Below the pieces are notes generated by a model. That model saw nothing but the letters and a program-made list of their open reading frames with translations. It made no database searches and was not told the DNA's origin. The translations under genes were made by a program, and so were the position numbers. Shown piece after piece: positions 36,001 through 44,408 of a DNA stretch of 51,563 nucleotides. Position 1 is the first letter of the stretch. Each line of letters opens with the position of its first letter. Source of the stretch: a candidate division WS6 bacterium GW2011_GWF2_39_15 (lineage in GTDB: Bacteria > Patescibacteriota > Dojkabacteria > SC72); assembly GCA_000993565.1 (NCBI GenBank), contig LBWK01000002.1, positions 290,800-342,362 of the forward strand, given 5' to 3'.

Positions 36001-36073
36001 TTTGTTGACAAGAGTAAATTAGATGTCAACAAAGTATATATATTTGTTGACAAGATGTAAATAGATGTCAACA
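36001..36073 (-). promoter_or_regulatory. two direct copies of a ~31-nt palindromic element (GTTGACA-N17-TGTCAAC) immediately upstream of fic, a putative operator/promoter
   Basis: 36001-36032 reads TTTGTTGACAAGAGTAAATTAGATGTCAACAA and 36043-36073 reads TTTGTTGACAAGATGTAAATAGATGTCAACA, a 42-nt period. Each arm contains the -35-like hexamer TTGACA when read on either strand. Confidence 0.5.
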
Positions 36074-36274
36074 TTCTTAAAATTAAGCCTTATAGTGTAA
36101 AAGAGTATAAATGGGTCTTTTATTGGGAAGTTAGAAGTTGGTATTTTGTATCGTAGGTCGTACAAGTCTGGAACAAAAAACGAGAACTATTGTATATTAT
36201 TATATCTAGGACACTTAAAGAAAAAGCGTGCAAAGTAAGGTAGTTGTTACTAACTTGATATATTCGTTAAAAAT

Positions 36275-36826
36275 ATGAGAGTTTTTATTGTCGGTCCAGG
36301 CGGTGTGGGAAAAACAACTTCCGGAAAGATTTTAGCTAAGAGATTGGGTTTTGAATTCGTAGATCTTGATCTTGAATTTATGAAGCAAGTCAGAAATATT
36401 GATGAGTATGTAGCAAAATTCGGTTATGAGAAATATTGTTATGCAAATTCAGAACTATTTGAGCGGCTATTAAATGAGTATGAGAATAATGTTGTTATGC
36501 CTCTATCCTCCGGATTCTTAGTACATGAAGGGTTGAATGATTTAGTAGATAAACATATTAAGTTATTAAAGAGTAATGGAATTTCAATTCTTTTACTCCC
36601 AAGTAGAGATATTATCAAAGCAGCTTCCATAGTTGTAGAAAGACAGATTAATAGAGGCTTCGGAGAAGTAAAAGAAGGATATCAAGAAAAAGCTAAACAA
36701 AAATATTGTAGCAGACATGAACGATATAAGTGTCTGGGAGATATACAAATATACTCCTTAGAATCGCCTGAACAGATAGCAGATAAAATGGTTAATAGTC
36801 TGCAAAGGTTAGTATTAAGGAAATAA
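36275..36826 (+). CDS. P-loop kinase, shikimate kinase-like
   Basis: Walker A GPGGVGKTTSGKILAKRLGFEFVDLD with the D-x-D-type follow-on seen in AroK-like kinases, and its size (183 aa) fits. Substrate is uncertain. Confidence 0.5.
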   Translation: MRVFIVGPGGVGKTTSGKILAKRLGFEFVDLDLEFMKQVRNIDEYVAKFGYEKYCYANSELFERLLNEYENNVVMPLSSGFLVHEGLNDLVDKHIKLLKSNGISILLLPSRDIIKAASIVVERQINRGFGEVKEGYQEKAKQKYCSRHERYKCLGDIQIYSLESPEQIADKMVNSLQRLVLRK

Positions 36827-36849
36827 TCAGACGTTGAAAACATTAGGTA

Positions 36850-36926
36850 TGGCGGAATGGACGGGACTCGAACCCGCAACCTTCTCAGTGACAGTGAGAT
36901 GCTCTAACCAATTGAGCTACCACTCC
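36850..36926 (-). tRNA. tRNA-Asp (anticodon GTC), CCA encoded
   Basis: Minus strand: GGAGTGG TA GCTC AATTGGTTA GAGC A TCTCA CTGTCAC TGAGA AGGTT GCGGG TTCGAGT CCCGT CCATTCC G CCA. This is a full cloverleaf of 77 nt. Confidence 0.9.
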
Positions 36927-37003
36927 ATAAAAATTGCTCTGAAAGTATATCAAACCGTAATGGTATTTACAATAATTCCTCAGATAGAGTAATATCTAAG
37001 CAC

Positions 37004-37834
37004 ATGCCCATCAAACTCACGGATATACTCAAAACATATTCCCTTGTTCTGGATAGCCAGTATCAAATACTCAAATCAGAGATAAGGGGACTAAGAGCAA
37101 TAAACTTTCTGGATCTTCTTGTATATCACACAACAACAATTGAAAGAGAGCTTAGAAGAATGGATATAGGATCAACATATGAAGTTGATGTTTTTTTAGA
37201 TATAAAAAAGGAAGGATCTAAACCATATAAACTGGTAACGGCCAAACTCCATGATACATACCTGCTGACGTTAATATCTCTGGAAGAGATAAATGAACTC
37301 GCTACAACTGTTGAAACCCTTGAACACTATGCATACACGGATCAATTAACCGGAGCATTGAACAGACATGCCTATTGGAAACTCCTTGAAAACCTTATAT
37401 ACGATGAAGAAAGAGAAAATAAAGGATTAGGCATTGTGTTCGTTGATCTTGATAACCTGAAATCTATAAACACAACGCAGGGGTATTTAGGAGGCGATAG
37501 GGCAATTGCGTTTGTCGCTCAATGTATTGAAAAAAACTTAAGAAAATCAGACCTATTTGTCCGTATTGGTGGTGATGAATTTATAGTTATATTTAAAATC
37601 GATCCTCGTAAAGATTTCACTGTTGATGATATGGCCCAAAGAATTTTAAGAAGAATAAGAAGAGAGGGGAAGGAAGAAATAACTGCATCAATTGGTACGT
37701 ATACAGTCAAACCAGGTATCCTTCGCGGCATTGAAAAGGCTAAAGACTGGAAGAAAGAATGGAATAGAATTATTGATGAAGTAGATAAAAAGGTTAAGGA
37801 AGCTAAAAGACTCGGTAAAAACCGAGTCTCCTAG
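37004..37834 (+). CDS. GGDEF-domain diguanylate cyclase with an I-site
   Basis: YTDQLTGALNRHAYW, VFVDLDNLKSINTTQGYLGGDRAI and RKSDLFVRIGGDEFIVIF give an RxxD located five residues upstream of an intact GGDEF. The ~100-aa N-terminal region is unassigned. Confidence 0.85.
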   Translation: MPIKLTDILKTYSLVLDSQYQILKSEIRGLRAINFLDLLVYHTTTIERELRRMDIGSTYEVDVFLDIKKEGSKPYKLVTAKLHDTYLLTLISLEEINELATTVETLEHYAYTDQLTGALNRHAYWKLLENLIYDEERENKGLGIVFVDLDNLKSINTTQGYLGGDRAIAFVAQCIEKNLRKSDLFVRIGGDEFIVIFKIDPRKDFTVDDMAQRILRRIRREGKEEITASIGTYTVKPGILRGIEKAKDWKKEWNRIIDEVDKKVKEAKRLGKNRVS

Positions 37835-38161
37835 TTACTCTCCTGAATGAATCTCAATTGCTCTTTGATATACAGCCTTTGGTTGTACTCCAATGAATGT
37901 TTCAACAGGTTTTCCGTCTTTGAATACCATAACCGTAGGTATACTCATTACATTGTATTTCATTGATGTAGTAGGGTTTTCATCTACATTAAGCTTCATT
38001 ACCTTCACCTTATCCTTATTCTCATCTGCCACTTCTTCAATAATAGGACCGAGCATTAAGCACGGTGTACACCAGCCTGCCCAGAAATCTACAATTGTGA
38101 GCCCCTTGCTATCTAAGACATCTTTCTGGAAGGAATCGTCATTTACAGTTAAGTTAGCCAT
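37835..38161 (-). CDS. trxA: thioredoxin
   Basis: 108 aa. FWAGWCTPCLMLGPI carries a WCTPC active site, and IPTVMVFKDGKPV carries the cis-Pro loop. Confidence 0.9.
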   Translation of the reverse strand: MANLTVNDDSFQKDVLDSKGLTIVDFWAGWCTPCLMLGPIIEEVADENKDKVKVMKLNVDENPTTSMKYNVMSIPTVMVFKDGKPVETFIGVQPKAVYQRAIEIHSGE

Positions 38162-38249
38162 GTTATACGTGATATAATTTAGATATTTATTAACCGATAT
38201 ATAATATCATATTCTAAATCTAGAATATGTATTTGTCAAGGATTTAATT

Positions 38250-39356
38250 ATGGAGATCGTAAAAGTTGAGGCTGACAATTTAAAAGGGATAATTAGTAAG
38301 GCTGTTGAGGTTCTTAAAAACGGTGGTACATTAATATATCCTACTGAAACATGCTATGGGATCGGAGTTGATGCTACTAACCAGAAAGCAGTAGATAAAC
38401 TTTACGAATATAAAGGATTCCGGGGGCAGAAGCCTTTCTCAATGGCTGTCTTCGATAGAAAAATGGCGCAGGAATATGTTGAGATAAATGAGATGGCAGA
38501 TAATCTTTATAGAAACTACCTGCCAGGTCCTGTTACTGTTGTGTCTGCAAGCAAAGGACGTGTTGCAAAAGGAGTGGAGTCCCAGTGGGGAAGTGTTGGA
38601 ATAAGAATACCCGATCATAAAATCCCAATTGAAATAGTCAAAGCTTACGGTAAACCCATTACGGCAACCTCTGCGAACGTTTCATATAAGCCAGTACCAT
38701 ATAGTATTGAGCAGTACCTCAGATTAACGCCTAAGAAAAGCCTTGAATACATTGATTTGATTATTGATGCAGGAGAGCTTCCTAAAAATGTCCCCTCAAC
38801 AGTTCTTGATACGACAATGAATAGTCTTCAGGTATTAAGGGAAGGGAAATTAGAGTTTGAGAACGCAATTAAAAAATCAAAACTTTTTAAAACAGAAGTA
38901 ACAAAAAATACTGATGAAACAATTCGATTTGGAGAAGAGGTAGGGAAGATATTTTTTGATAAACATACTAATGGACCTCTTATCTTTGCTCTTAGCGGTG
39001 AGCTCGGAGCGGGCAAAACCCAGTTTACAAAAGGAGTCGGTAATCTGCTTGGAGTAGAGGATGTTGTTAATTCCCCTACTTATACTATTATCAACGAATA
39101 TCAGTATCAGGAGAGTGGCACACCAAGAACTCTTGCACACATGGATACTTGGAGAATATCTAATGCTAATGAATTTGAAAGGGCCGGTTTACAGGAATAC
39201 TTGGAGAAATCAGATATTGTAGTGATTGAATGGGCTGATAAATACTATAACGAGCTTGAGAAATTAGTTAAAGAGTATGATGGAGAGATCGTTAAGGTTA
39301 ATTTCAAATATCTGGATCAGGAAACCAGAGAGATATCAGTATATGAAACAAAGTAG
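38250..39356 (+). CDS. tsaC-tsaE: fusion of L-threonylcarbamoyladenylate synthase (TsaC/YrdC domain) and the t6A ATPase TsaE
   Basis: N-terminal YrdC blocks are IYPTETCYGIGVDA, PGPVTVV, GIRIPDH, TSANVS and STVLD. The C-terminal TsaE part has Walker A SGELGAGKTQFTKG, then SPTYTIINEY, HMDTWRI and VVIEWADK. Confidence 0.85.
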   Translation: MEIVKVEADNLKGIISKAVEVLKNGGTLIYPTETCYGIGVDATNQKAVDKLYEYKGFRGQKPFSMAVFDRKMAQEYVEINEMADNLYRNYLPGPVTVVSASKGRVAKGVESQWGSVGIRIPDHKIPIEIVKAYGKPITATSANVSYKPVPYSIEQYLRLTPKKSLEYIDLIIDAGELPKNVPSTVLDTTMNSLQVLREGKLEFENAIKKSKLFKTEVTKNTDETIRFGEEVGKIFFDKHTNGPLIFALSGELGAGKTQFTKGVGNLLGVEDVVNSPTYTIINEYQYQESGTPRTLAHMDTWRISNANEFERAGLQEYLEKSDIVVIEWADKYYNELEKLVKEYDGEIVKVNFKYLDQETREISVYETK

Positions 39357-40416
39357 TGAAGAAATAATACTTGGAATTGATACCAGCTGTGATGAGACCT
39401 CTATTGCGATATCACAAGGTCGAAAGATTCTCTCAAGTATTAGAGCAACACAGATAGACATCCATAAAGAATGGGGAGGGGTGGTGCCTATGATTGCTAA
39501 AAGAGCCCATGAGGAGAATATACAGGGTGTTTTTGAAAAAACACTGAAGAAAGCAAAAGTAAAGATTGAGGATATTGATTATATAGCCGTAACTCAGGGA
39601 CCGGGGCTTGCTATAGACCTGGAGGTCGGAATCCAGTTTGCTAAAGAGTTGTGCAAAAAATATGGTAAACCACTAGTTCCTGTTAACCATATGGAAGGGC
39701 ATCTTCTCTCATCACTGACACTAAATTCAAAGGGAGTCGGGTTGGTTTCTGAGAAAGATTTAAAAGAGGTTTTCCCTGCTCTTGGTCTTCTAATGTCCGG
39801 CAAGCATACAGAGATAATCTATGTAGAAGGGTTTGGAAAGTATACAAAACTCGGTCTAACACTTGATGATGCAGCAGGTGAGGCTTTTGATAAAGTGGGT
39901 AGAATGCTGGATTTCGGGTATCCTGGCGGTCCTGTAGTCTCGGAATTTGCTAAAAGAGGCAAGAGTGGGGTTATACCGCTTCCAATTCCGATGGAGAAAT
40001 CCAAGGATCTTAATTTCAGCTACTCGGGTCTTAAAACAGCCGTGCTGTATAAGATTAAAGAATTAAAAGAGAAAGGAGTACCTCAAAAGGAATGGGTTTA
40101 TGATATCTGCAGATCCTTTGTTGATTCTATCAAGAAATCTGTAATATTAAAGCTTGAAATGGCTCTGAAACAATATCCAGAAGTAAAGAGCGTTATGGTG
40201 GGAGGCGGGGTATTTAGCAGTGAAGAGGTCTTGAGAAGTATCGGTAAGGTAGTTAAAGATCATGATCTTAAGTATTTGTATCCTAAGAGCGATTACAGGA
40301 GTGATAATGCAGGTATGATTTGTATAGCGGGGTATTACAATATCATGAGAGGGAATATAGTTAAAAAGAGTGAAGAGGTTTCGACGGTTGATAGAGATCC
40401 GAGATTAAGTCTCTAG
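39343..40416 (+). CDS. tsaD: tRNA N6-adenosine threonylcarbamoyltransferase TsaD
   Basis: ILGIDTSCDETSIAI, metal-binding HMEGHL and SGKHTEII. I place the start at ATG 39343 (MKQSSEE), which overlaps the preceding gene by 14 nt. Confidence 0.9.
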   Translation: MKQSSEEIILGIDTSCDETSIAISQGRKILSSIRATQIDIHKEWGGVVPMIAKRAHEENIQGVFEKTLKKAKVKIEDIDYIAVTQGPGLAIDLEVGIQFAKELCKKYGKPLVPVNHMEGHLLSSLTLNSKGVGLVSEKDLKEVFPALGLLMSGKHTEIIYVEGFGKYTKLGLTLDDAAGEAFDKVGRMLDFGYPGGPVVSEFAKRGKSGVIPLPIPMEKSKDLNFSYSGLKTAVLYKIKELKEKGVPQKEWVYDICRSFVDSIKKSVILKLEMALKQYPEVKSVMVGGGVFSSEEVLRSIGKVVKDHDLKYLYPKSDYRSDNAGMICIAGYYNIMRGNIVKKSEEVSTVDRDPRLSL

Positions 40417-40443
40417 ATTCAGATTTACTTCTTAAAACGAAGA

Positions 40444-41724
40444 TTAATACTTTATTAACTCCTGTTCTATTTCTAACAGTCTATTATATTTAGCCAACCT
40501 TTCTCCTCGGTCTGGCCCTCCAAACTTGCTTTGTGACGCCCCTGTACCCACTACAAGGTCAGCAATCATATCATCATTTGTTTCACCTCCTCTGTGGGAA
40601 ATAATTGCTTTCATTCCCGCCTCATGAGTCATTCGGATTGCATCAATTGTTTCCGTTACGCTTCCAATCTGATTGAGTTTGATGAGAACAGCGTTCATTG
40701 CTTTAAGGTTAATGCCTTTCTGTATTCTTTCCATATTGGTAGTCAGAAGATCATCCCCGACAACCTGGTACTTATCTCCAGCCTCTCTCATGAGGTACTG
40801 CCAGCCCATCCAATCTTCCTGATTAAACGGATCTTCTATTGAATACATTGGGTACTCTTTATACCATTCGAGCTGCTTTTCCAACCACTGAATTGTTGTC
40901 AATTCTAATTTCTCTCTTTTAAGCTCATACTTATGAGCTTGTTTGTTGTAGAATTCGGAAGATGCGATATCGATTCCTATTCTGAAGTCTATGTATGGTT
41001 TATAGCCGGCTTTCTCAATACTCTCCATTATTATGTCAAAAGCCTCTTTATTTGACTGTATCTCATCCGGTGCATATGCACCTTCAAAGCCTACATTGGC
41101 ATTGTATCCTTTAGTTTTAAGTACCTCGTGCATTGCATGGAATATCTCAGCTCCTGCCCTAAACTTCTCTCTGAAGTTTACAAATCTGAACTCATCAGGA
41201 ATTACCATATATTCCTGGAAATCTGTGGACCAGTTCCCATGCAAGCCTCCTTCCATAATGAGGATCTGTGGAGAGGGTAGTTTAAAGAATGAGTGATCGT
41301 AGTTATCTTTTGTATAGATCTTGGCAAAGTATTCATACAAAGGAATGCCTTTCTCTAATGCTGTTGCTCTGCAAAAGGCCATAGAGAGTGATAGAATGGC
41401 GTTTCCTCCTAACTTGCTTTTCTGTTTCGTTCCGTCTAGATCAATTAGAAATCGGTCAAACTCATCCTGTGTATTGAAACTTTTGTTTAGGATTACCTTT
41501 CTAATCTCGTTGTTCACATTCTCAACGGCTTTGAGTACTCCCTTGCCTCTGTATCTGCTCTTGTCACCATCCCTGAGTTCAAGAACCTCTGTATCTCCTG
41601 TTGATGCCCCACTTGGAACGTCTCCTTTGGCCGATACACCACTATCTAATGTTATACGCGTAGAAATAGTCGGATCACCTTTGGAATCCAATATCTCTAT
41701 TGCTTTTACATCTTTTATTGTCAT
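40444..41724 (-). CDS. eno: enolase (phosphopyruvate hydratase)
   Basis: IEILDSKGDPTI and PSGASTG, plus the C-terminal blocks IKLNQIGSVTET and ISHRGGETND. Confidence 0.95.
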   Translation of the reverse strand: MTIKDVKAIEILDSKGDPTISTRITLDSGVSAKGDVPSGASTGDTEVLELRDGDKSRYRGKGVLKAVENVNNEIRKVILNKSFNTQDEFDRFLIDLDGTKQKSKLGGNAILSLSMAFCRATALEKGIPLYEYFAKIYTKDNYDHSFFKLPSPQILIMEGGLHGNWSTDFQEYMVIPDEFRFVNFREKFRAGAEIFHAMHEVLKTKGYNANVGFEGAYAPDEIQSNKEAFDIIMESIEKAGYKPYIDFRIGIDIASSEFYNKQAHKYELKREKLELTTIQWLEKQLEWYKEYPMYSIEDPFNQEDWMGWQYLMREAGDKYQVVGDDLLTTNMERIQKGINLKAMNAVLIKLNQIGSVTETIDAIRMTHEAGMKAIISHRGGETNDDMIADLVVGTGASQSKFGGPDRGERLAKYNRLLEIEQELIKY

Positions 41725-41742
41725 ATGGGCAGTTTCCTTTCG

Positions 41743-42591
41743 TTACTTGTTCAAATTCAATATTAATCCTGAATCAGCACCTGTAGTAGTAGTCGGAAGT
41801 TTTCCATCCCACTTTTCTATGTACAACTTCTTTATCAGATTATCGCTTAAAGTTGCCTGTTGAAGTTTTTGGGCAGCTGCTTCTCCTTCTGCTCTGGTAA
41901 TGGAGGCTTTCTTTTTAAATTCCTCCTGCTGGGCAATATACTCTTCTGTCGTAATTCTCTCCTTTTCTATCTGCTTCTGCTCAACTGTTGTGACATACTC
42001 ATCCTGGAAATTAATTGATCTGATTCCGAATTCATCAAGAGTTATTCCGTTCTCTTCAAAGAGCGGAGCAAGTTTCTCCGAGATTTTCTCCGACACTTCC
42101 TGGATATTACCTGTATATAGATCAATCGCTGAGTAGCTTCTTGGCATATTCCTTGCCCATATTCGGGAATCTGTTTTGACTATTTTCTCTACTACTTCCT
42201 GTTCAGTTCCGAGCTTCTCTGCGATCTCTTTGACCTTGTTCGGGTTTACAGAGAACCTAACTGTATACCTTACGGATATCTGCTGTCCGTCTTTTGTTGT
42301 TGTATCGACTGCATAGTCCTGATAATCAGCTTCAGATTGTGAATTTGAGTATGCCTCTGTTGATAGGGTCTCGTAGATTATTTTCTGTGTTCTGTACACA
42401 AGTACCTGGTCTACAAAAGGTACTTTAATGTGTAGTCCCGGTTTTACAGAACCGCCTACAATCTCTCCAAACCTTGTTACAACTGCTATTGTTCCATACC
42501 TTACCGTGTAGAAGGTAGAGGCAAAAAGGATGAGTGCAAGCGCTATTCCTGTTCCGGCAACTATAATTAGTTTTGCCTTCTGATTTTCCAT
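41743..42591 (-). CDS. SPFH / band-7 (prohibitin-HflC-like) membrane protein
   Basis: TM anchor LIIVAGTGIALALILFASTFY, then VRYGTIAVVTRFGEIVG...PGLHIKVPFVDQV and a C-terminal coiled coil. I place the start at ATG 42591 (MENQKAK). Confidence 0.85.
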   Translation of the reverse strand: MENQKAKLIIVAGTGIALALILFASTFYTVRYGTIAVVTRFGEIVGGSVKPGLHIKVPFVDQVLVYRTQKIIYETLSTEAYSNSQSEADYQDYAVDTTTKDGQQISVRYTVRFSVNPNKVKEIAEKLGTEQEVVEKIVKTDSRIWARNMPRSYSAIDLYTGNIQEVSEKISEKLAPLFEENGITLDEFGIRSINFQDEYVTTVEQKQIEKERITTEEYIAQQEEFKKKASITRAEGEAAAQKLQQATLSDNLIKKLYIEKWDGKLPTTTTGADSGLILNLNK

Positions 42592-42681
42592 ATTTATTTT
42601 TAGAAAAAAGTTATACAATACATTTTGCATTAAATGATTGTTGTATGCAAGAGATTTTGATAAAATCATGAAGATTCATAT

Positions 42682-42767
42682 GCCGAGGTGGTGAAATTGG
42701 CAGACACGCTACCTTGAGGTGGTAGTGGGAGTTAAATCCCTTGCAGGTTCAAGTCCTGTCCTCGGCA
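42682..42767 (+). tRNA. tRNA-Leu (anticodon GAG), long variable arm, CCA not encoded
   Basis: GCCGAGG TG ... CTACC TTGAGGT GGTAG, variable arm TGGGAGTTAAATCCCTT, then GCAGG TTCAAGT CCTGT CCTCGGC A. Confidence 0.9.
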
Positions 42768-42777
42768 GATTCTATTA

Positions 42778-42854
42778 GGGCGATTAGCTCAGCTGGTTAG
42801 AGCATCTCGTTTACACCGAGAGGGTCGGGGGTTCGAATCCCTCATCGCCCACCA
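42778..42854 (+). tRNA. tRNA-Val (anticodon TAC), CCA encoded
   Basis: GGGCGAT TA GCTC AGCTGGTTA GAGC A TCTCG TTTACAC CGAGA GGGTC GGGGG TTCGAAT CCCTC ATCGCCC A CCA. Confidence 0.9.
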
Positions 42855-42868
42855 TTTATCCCTTTATT

Positions 42869-43576
42869 ATGATTGAAATTCACTATCACAAATTTTCCGA
42901 TGATTTCGAGGTAAAACTTCAAGAAATTGAAAACTATATTATTCCGATATATCTCAAGGTTTGGAAATGGAACTTTACTCTAAAATCATATGAAGACCGT
43001 CTTAGATATACAAGTGAATTTCATAAGGCTCAACGCATATTGACTCTAAATGCTGATGAGAAAAGTGTTGGGTATTTGATTTATGACATCAAGAAGGTTG
43101 ATGACAAAACATGGGCATATTTGAGAGAAATAGATATTCTTGAGGAATATAGGGGAAGGGGATATTCCGAACTATTATATGACGAACTACTAAAAAGGGT
43201 TGAACCAGATATTATCTATGGTGAAGCCCAGAACCCAATTTCTGCTAAGGCACGGAATAAAGGTCTCTCTAAATATGGGTATAGTACGTATTGGTGTGAA
43301 GAACCGTTAAGTAAAAATTCCCCTGTGAGTGAGAGGATTAAGGAGATTTCAAGATTAGGAGTTGAACTTTTTGATAATGAAAATTTGAAGAGCTATACAG
43401 CCGGTGTTAAAGAATTTACGAAGTTTAATGATAGGTTTAGAGATTATCTTGATGTTGTACCTGAGTATAGAAGTATATTTATGAAGATAAAAAATATATC
43501 AAAGACTAAATACCAATCTGCATTTGGAGTGTTGATTAGTATAAAGAACTCCATTATTATTAATTATGAAAAATAA
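42869..43576 (+). CDS. GNAT-like acetyltransferase domain protein
   Basis: GYLIYDIKK...AYLREIDILEEYRGRGYSELLYDELLKR resembles GNAT motif A (R/Q-x-x-G-x-G/A). The C-terminal ~90 aa are unassigned. Confidence 0.5.
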   Translation: MIEIHYHKFSDDFEVKLQEIENYIIPIYLKVWKWNFTLKSYEDRLRYTSEFHKAQRILTLNADEKSVGYLIYDIKKVDDKTWAYLREIDILEEYRGRGYSELLYDELLKRVEPDIIYGEAQNPISAKARNKGLSKYGYSTYWCEEPLSKNSPVSERIKEISRLGVELFDNENLKSYTAGVKEFTKFNDRFRDYLDVVPEYRSIFMKIKNISKTKYQSAFGVLISIKNSIIINYEK

Positions 43577-43913
43577 AGTAAGTAGTGATAAATGGTGGTT
43601 AGCATGGGGACAGTATATTGCGGTAATTCTACTTGCAATTGTATTAGGATATATTGTTGATTTCTATTACCCGACAAGTAATATGTGGTTGGGTGCATCT
43701 GTAATCGTATTTGCGTCTATTTGCGGTATTTCTGCAGTAACAAGGATAACAGGTTTAAGCATCCCATATTTTTATCCAATAAAAGTTGGGAAAGCCGAAT
43801 TCAAGGGGTATGATATGACTAGAAAGGGTTTTAATGGATACTGGAAAGATATATTGTTAGCTCTTCTTTTCTCACTCCTTGTATATTTTATTGAAAAGAT
43901 TTGGATAAAGTAA
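43566..43913 (+). CDS. small membrane protein (115 aa, ~3 TM helices)
   Basis: Hydrophobic helices are present, and it overlaps the preceding gene by 11 nt. Confidence 0.6.
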   Translation: MKNKVSSDKWWLAWGQYIAVILLAIVLGYIVDFYYPTSNMWLGASVIVFASICGISAVTRITGLSIPYFYPIKVGKAEFKGYDMTRKGFNGYWKDILLALLFSLLVYFIEKIWIK

Positions 43914-43941
43914 TAGCAATTTAAATTAAGTTAATAGTGAA

Positions 43942-44403
43942 ATGTCATTTTTGGGGAAATTTTTCAGAGGTGAATCAGATGATGATCAATCAGAGGGTAA
44001 GGAAAAAAGAACTTCAGTTAATGAGGTAAATTATGAGAGAATGTTAAGAGAACTAAGAATAAAAGGGTTTAATGATGGGGCAGTAGTGCAATTCTTTGAT
44101 AGAAGCAATCCTTTTGACCAGAAAACCCGGGAAGGTTCTGCCAGTACAACGGTCTATTATTGGTTCATACAAGCTCTTCCTAAGGGAGAAAACCAGGTGC
44201 TAATGTATGATCATAATATTAGTTTACTAAGATTATCAACAATACCTTATGAACATCCGGAAGGTACTCCGGGTGCAGAAAGAAGGAAGCAATATAATGC
44301 TCTTAATCAGGATGGTGTAAGCCTTAACTATGATCTTAAAGACTTTCATGATGAAGTAGAGAAAGGGAATTGGAAAATTGCGAACGTTAGCGGTATGAAA
44401 TAA
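43942..44403 (+). CDS. hypothetical protein (153 aa)
   Basis: Intact ORF. No motif recognised. Confidence 0.55.
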   Translation: MSFLGKFFRGESDDDQSEGKEKRTSVNEVNYERMLRELRIKGFNDGAVVQFFDRSNPFDQKTREGSASTTVYYWFIQALPKGENQVLMYDHNISLLRLSTIPYEHPEGTPGAERRKQYNALNQDGVSLNYDLKDFHDEVEKGNWKIANVSGMK

Positions 44404-44408
44404 TAAAG

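Noticed and set aside
36000-36074. ORF-track N-terminal extension of Fic (MLTSIYILSTNIYTLLTSNLLLSTN).
   Set aside because: The extension is the literal translation of two palindromic DNA repeats. The conserved-looking protein begins at METIEIGKK, so the region is treated as regulatory DNA instead.
39277-39342. Upstream start for tsaD (MMERSLRLISNIWIRKPERYQY...).
   Set aside because: This stretch is the out-of-frame overlap with the well-supported C-terminus of the TsaE domain. TsaD homologs begin just before the GIDTSCDET block.
41321-41863. 180-aa plus-strand ORF antisense to enolase and the SPFH gene, together with 40594-40842 and 41033-41296.
   Set aside because: They are antisense to two strongly supported genes and the product is low-complexity S/L/F-rich.
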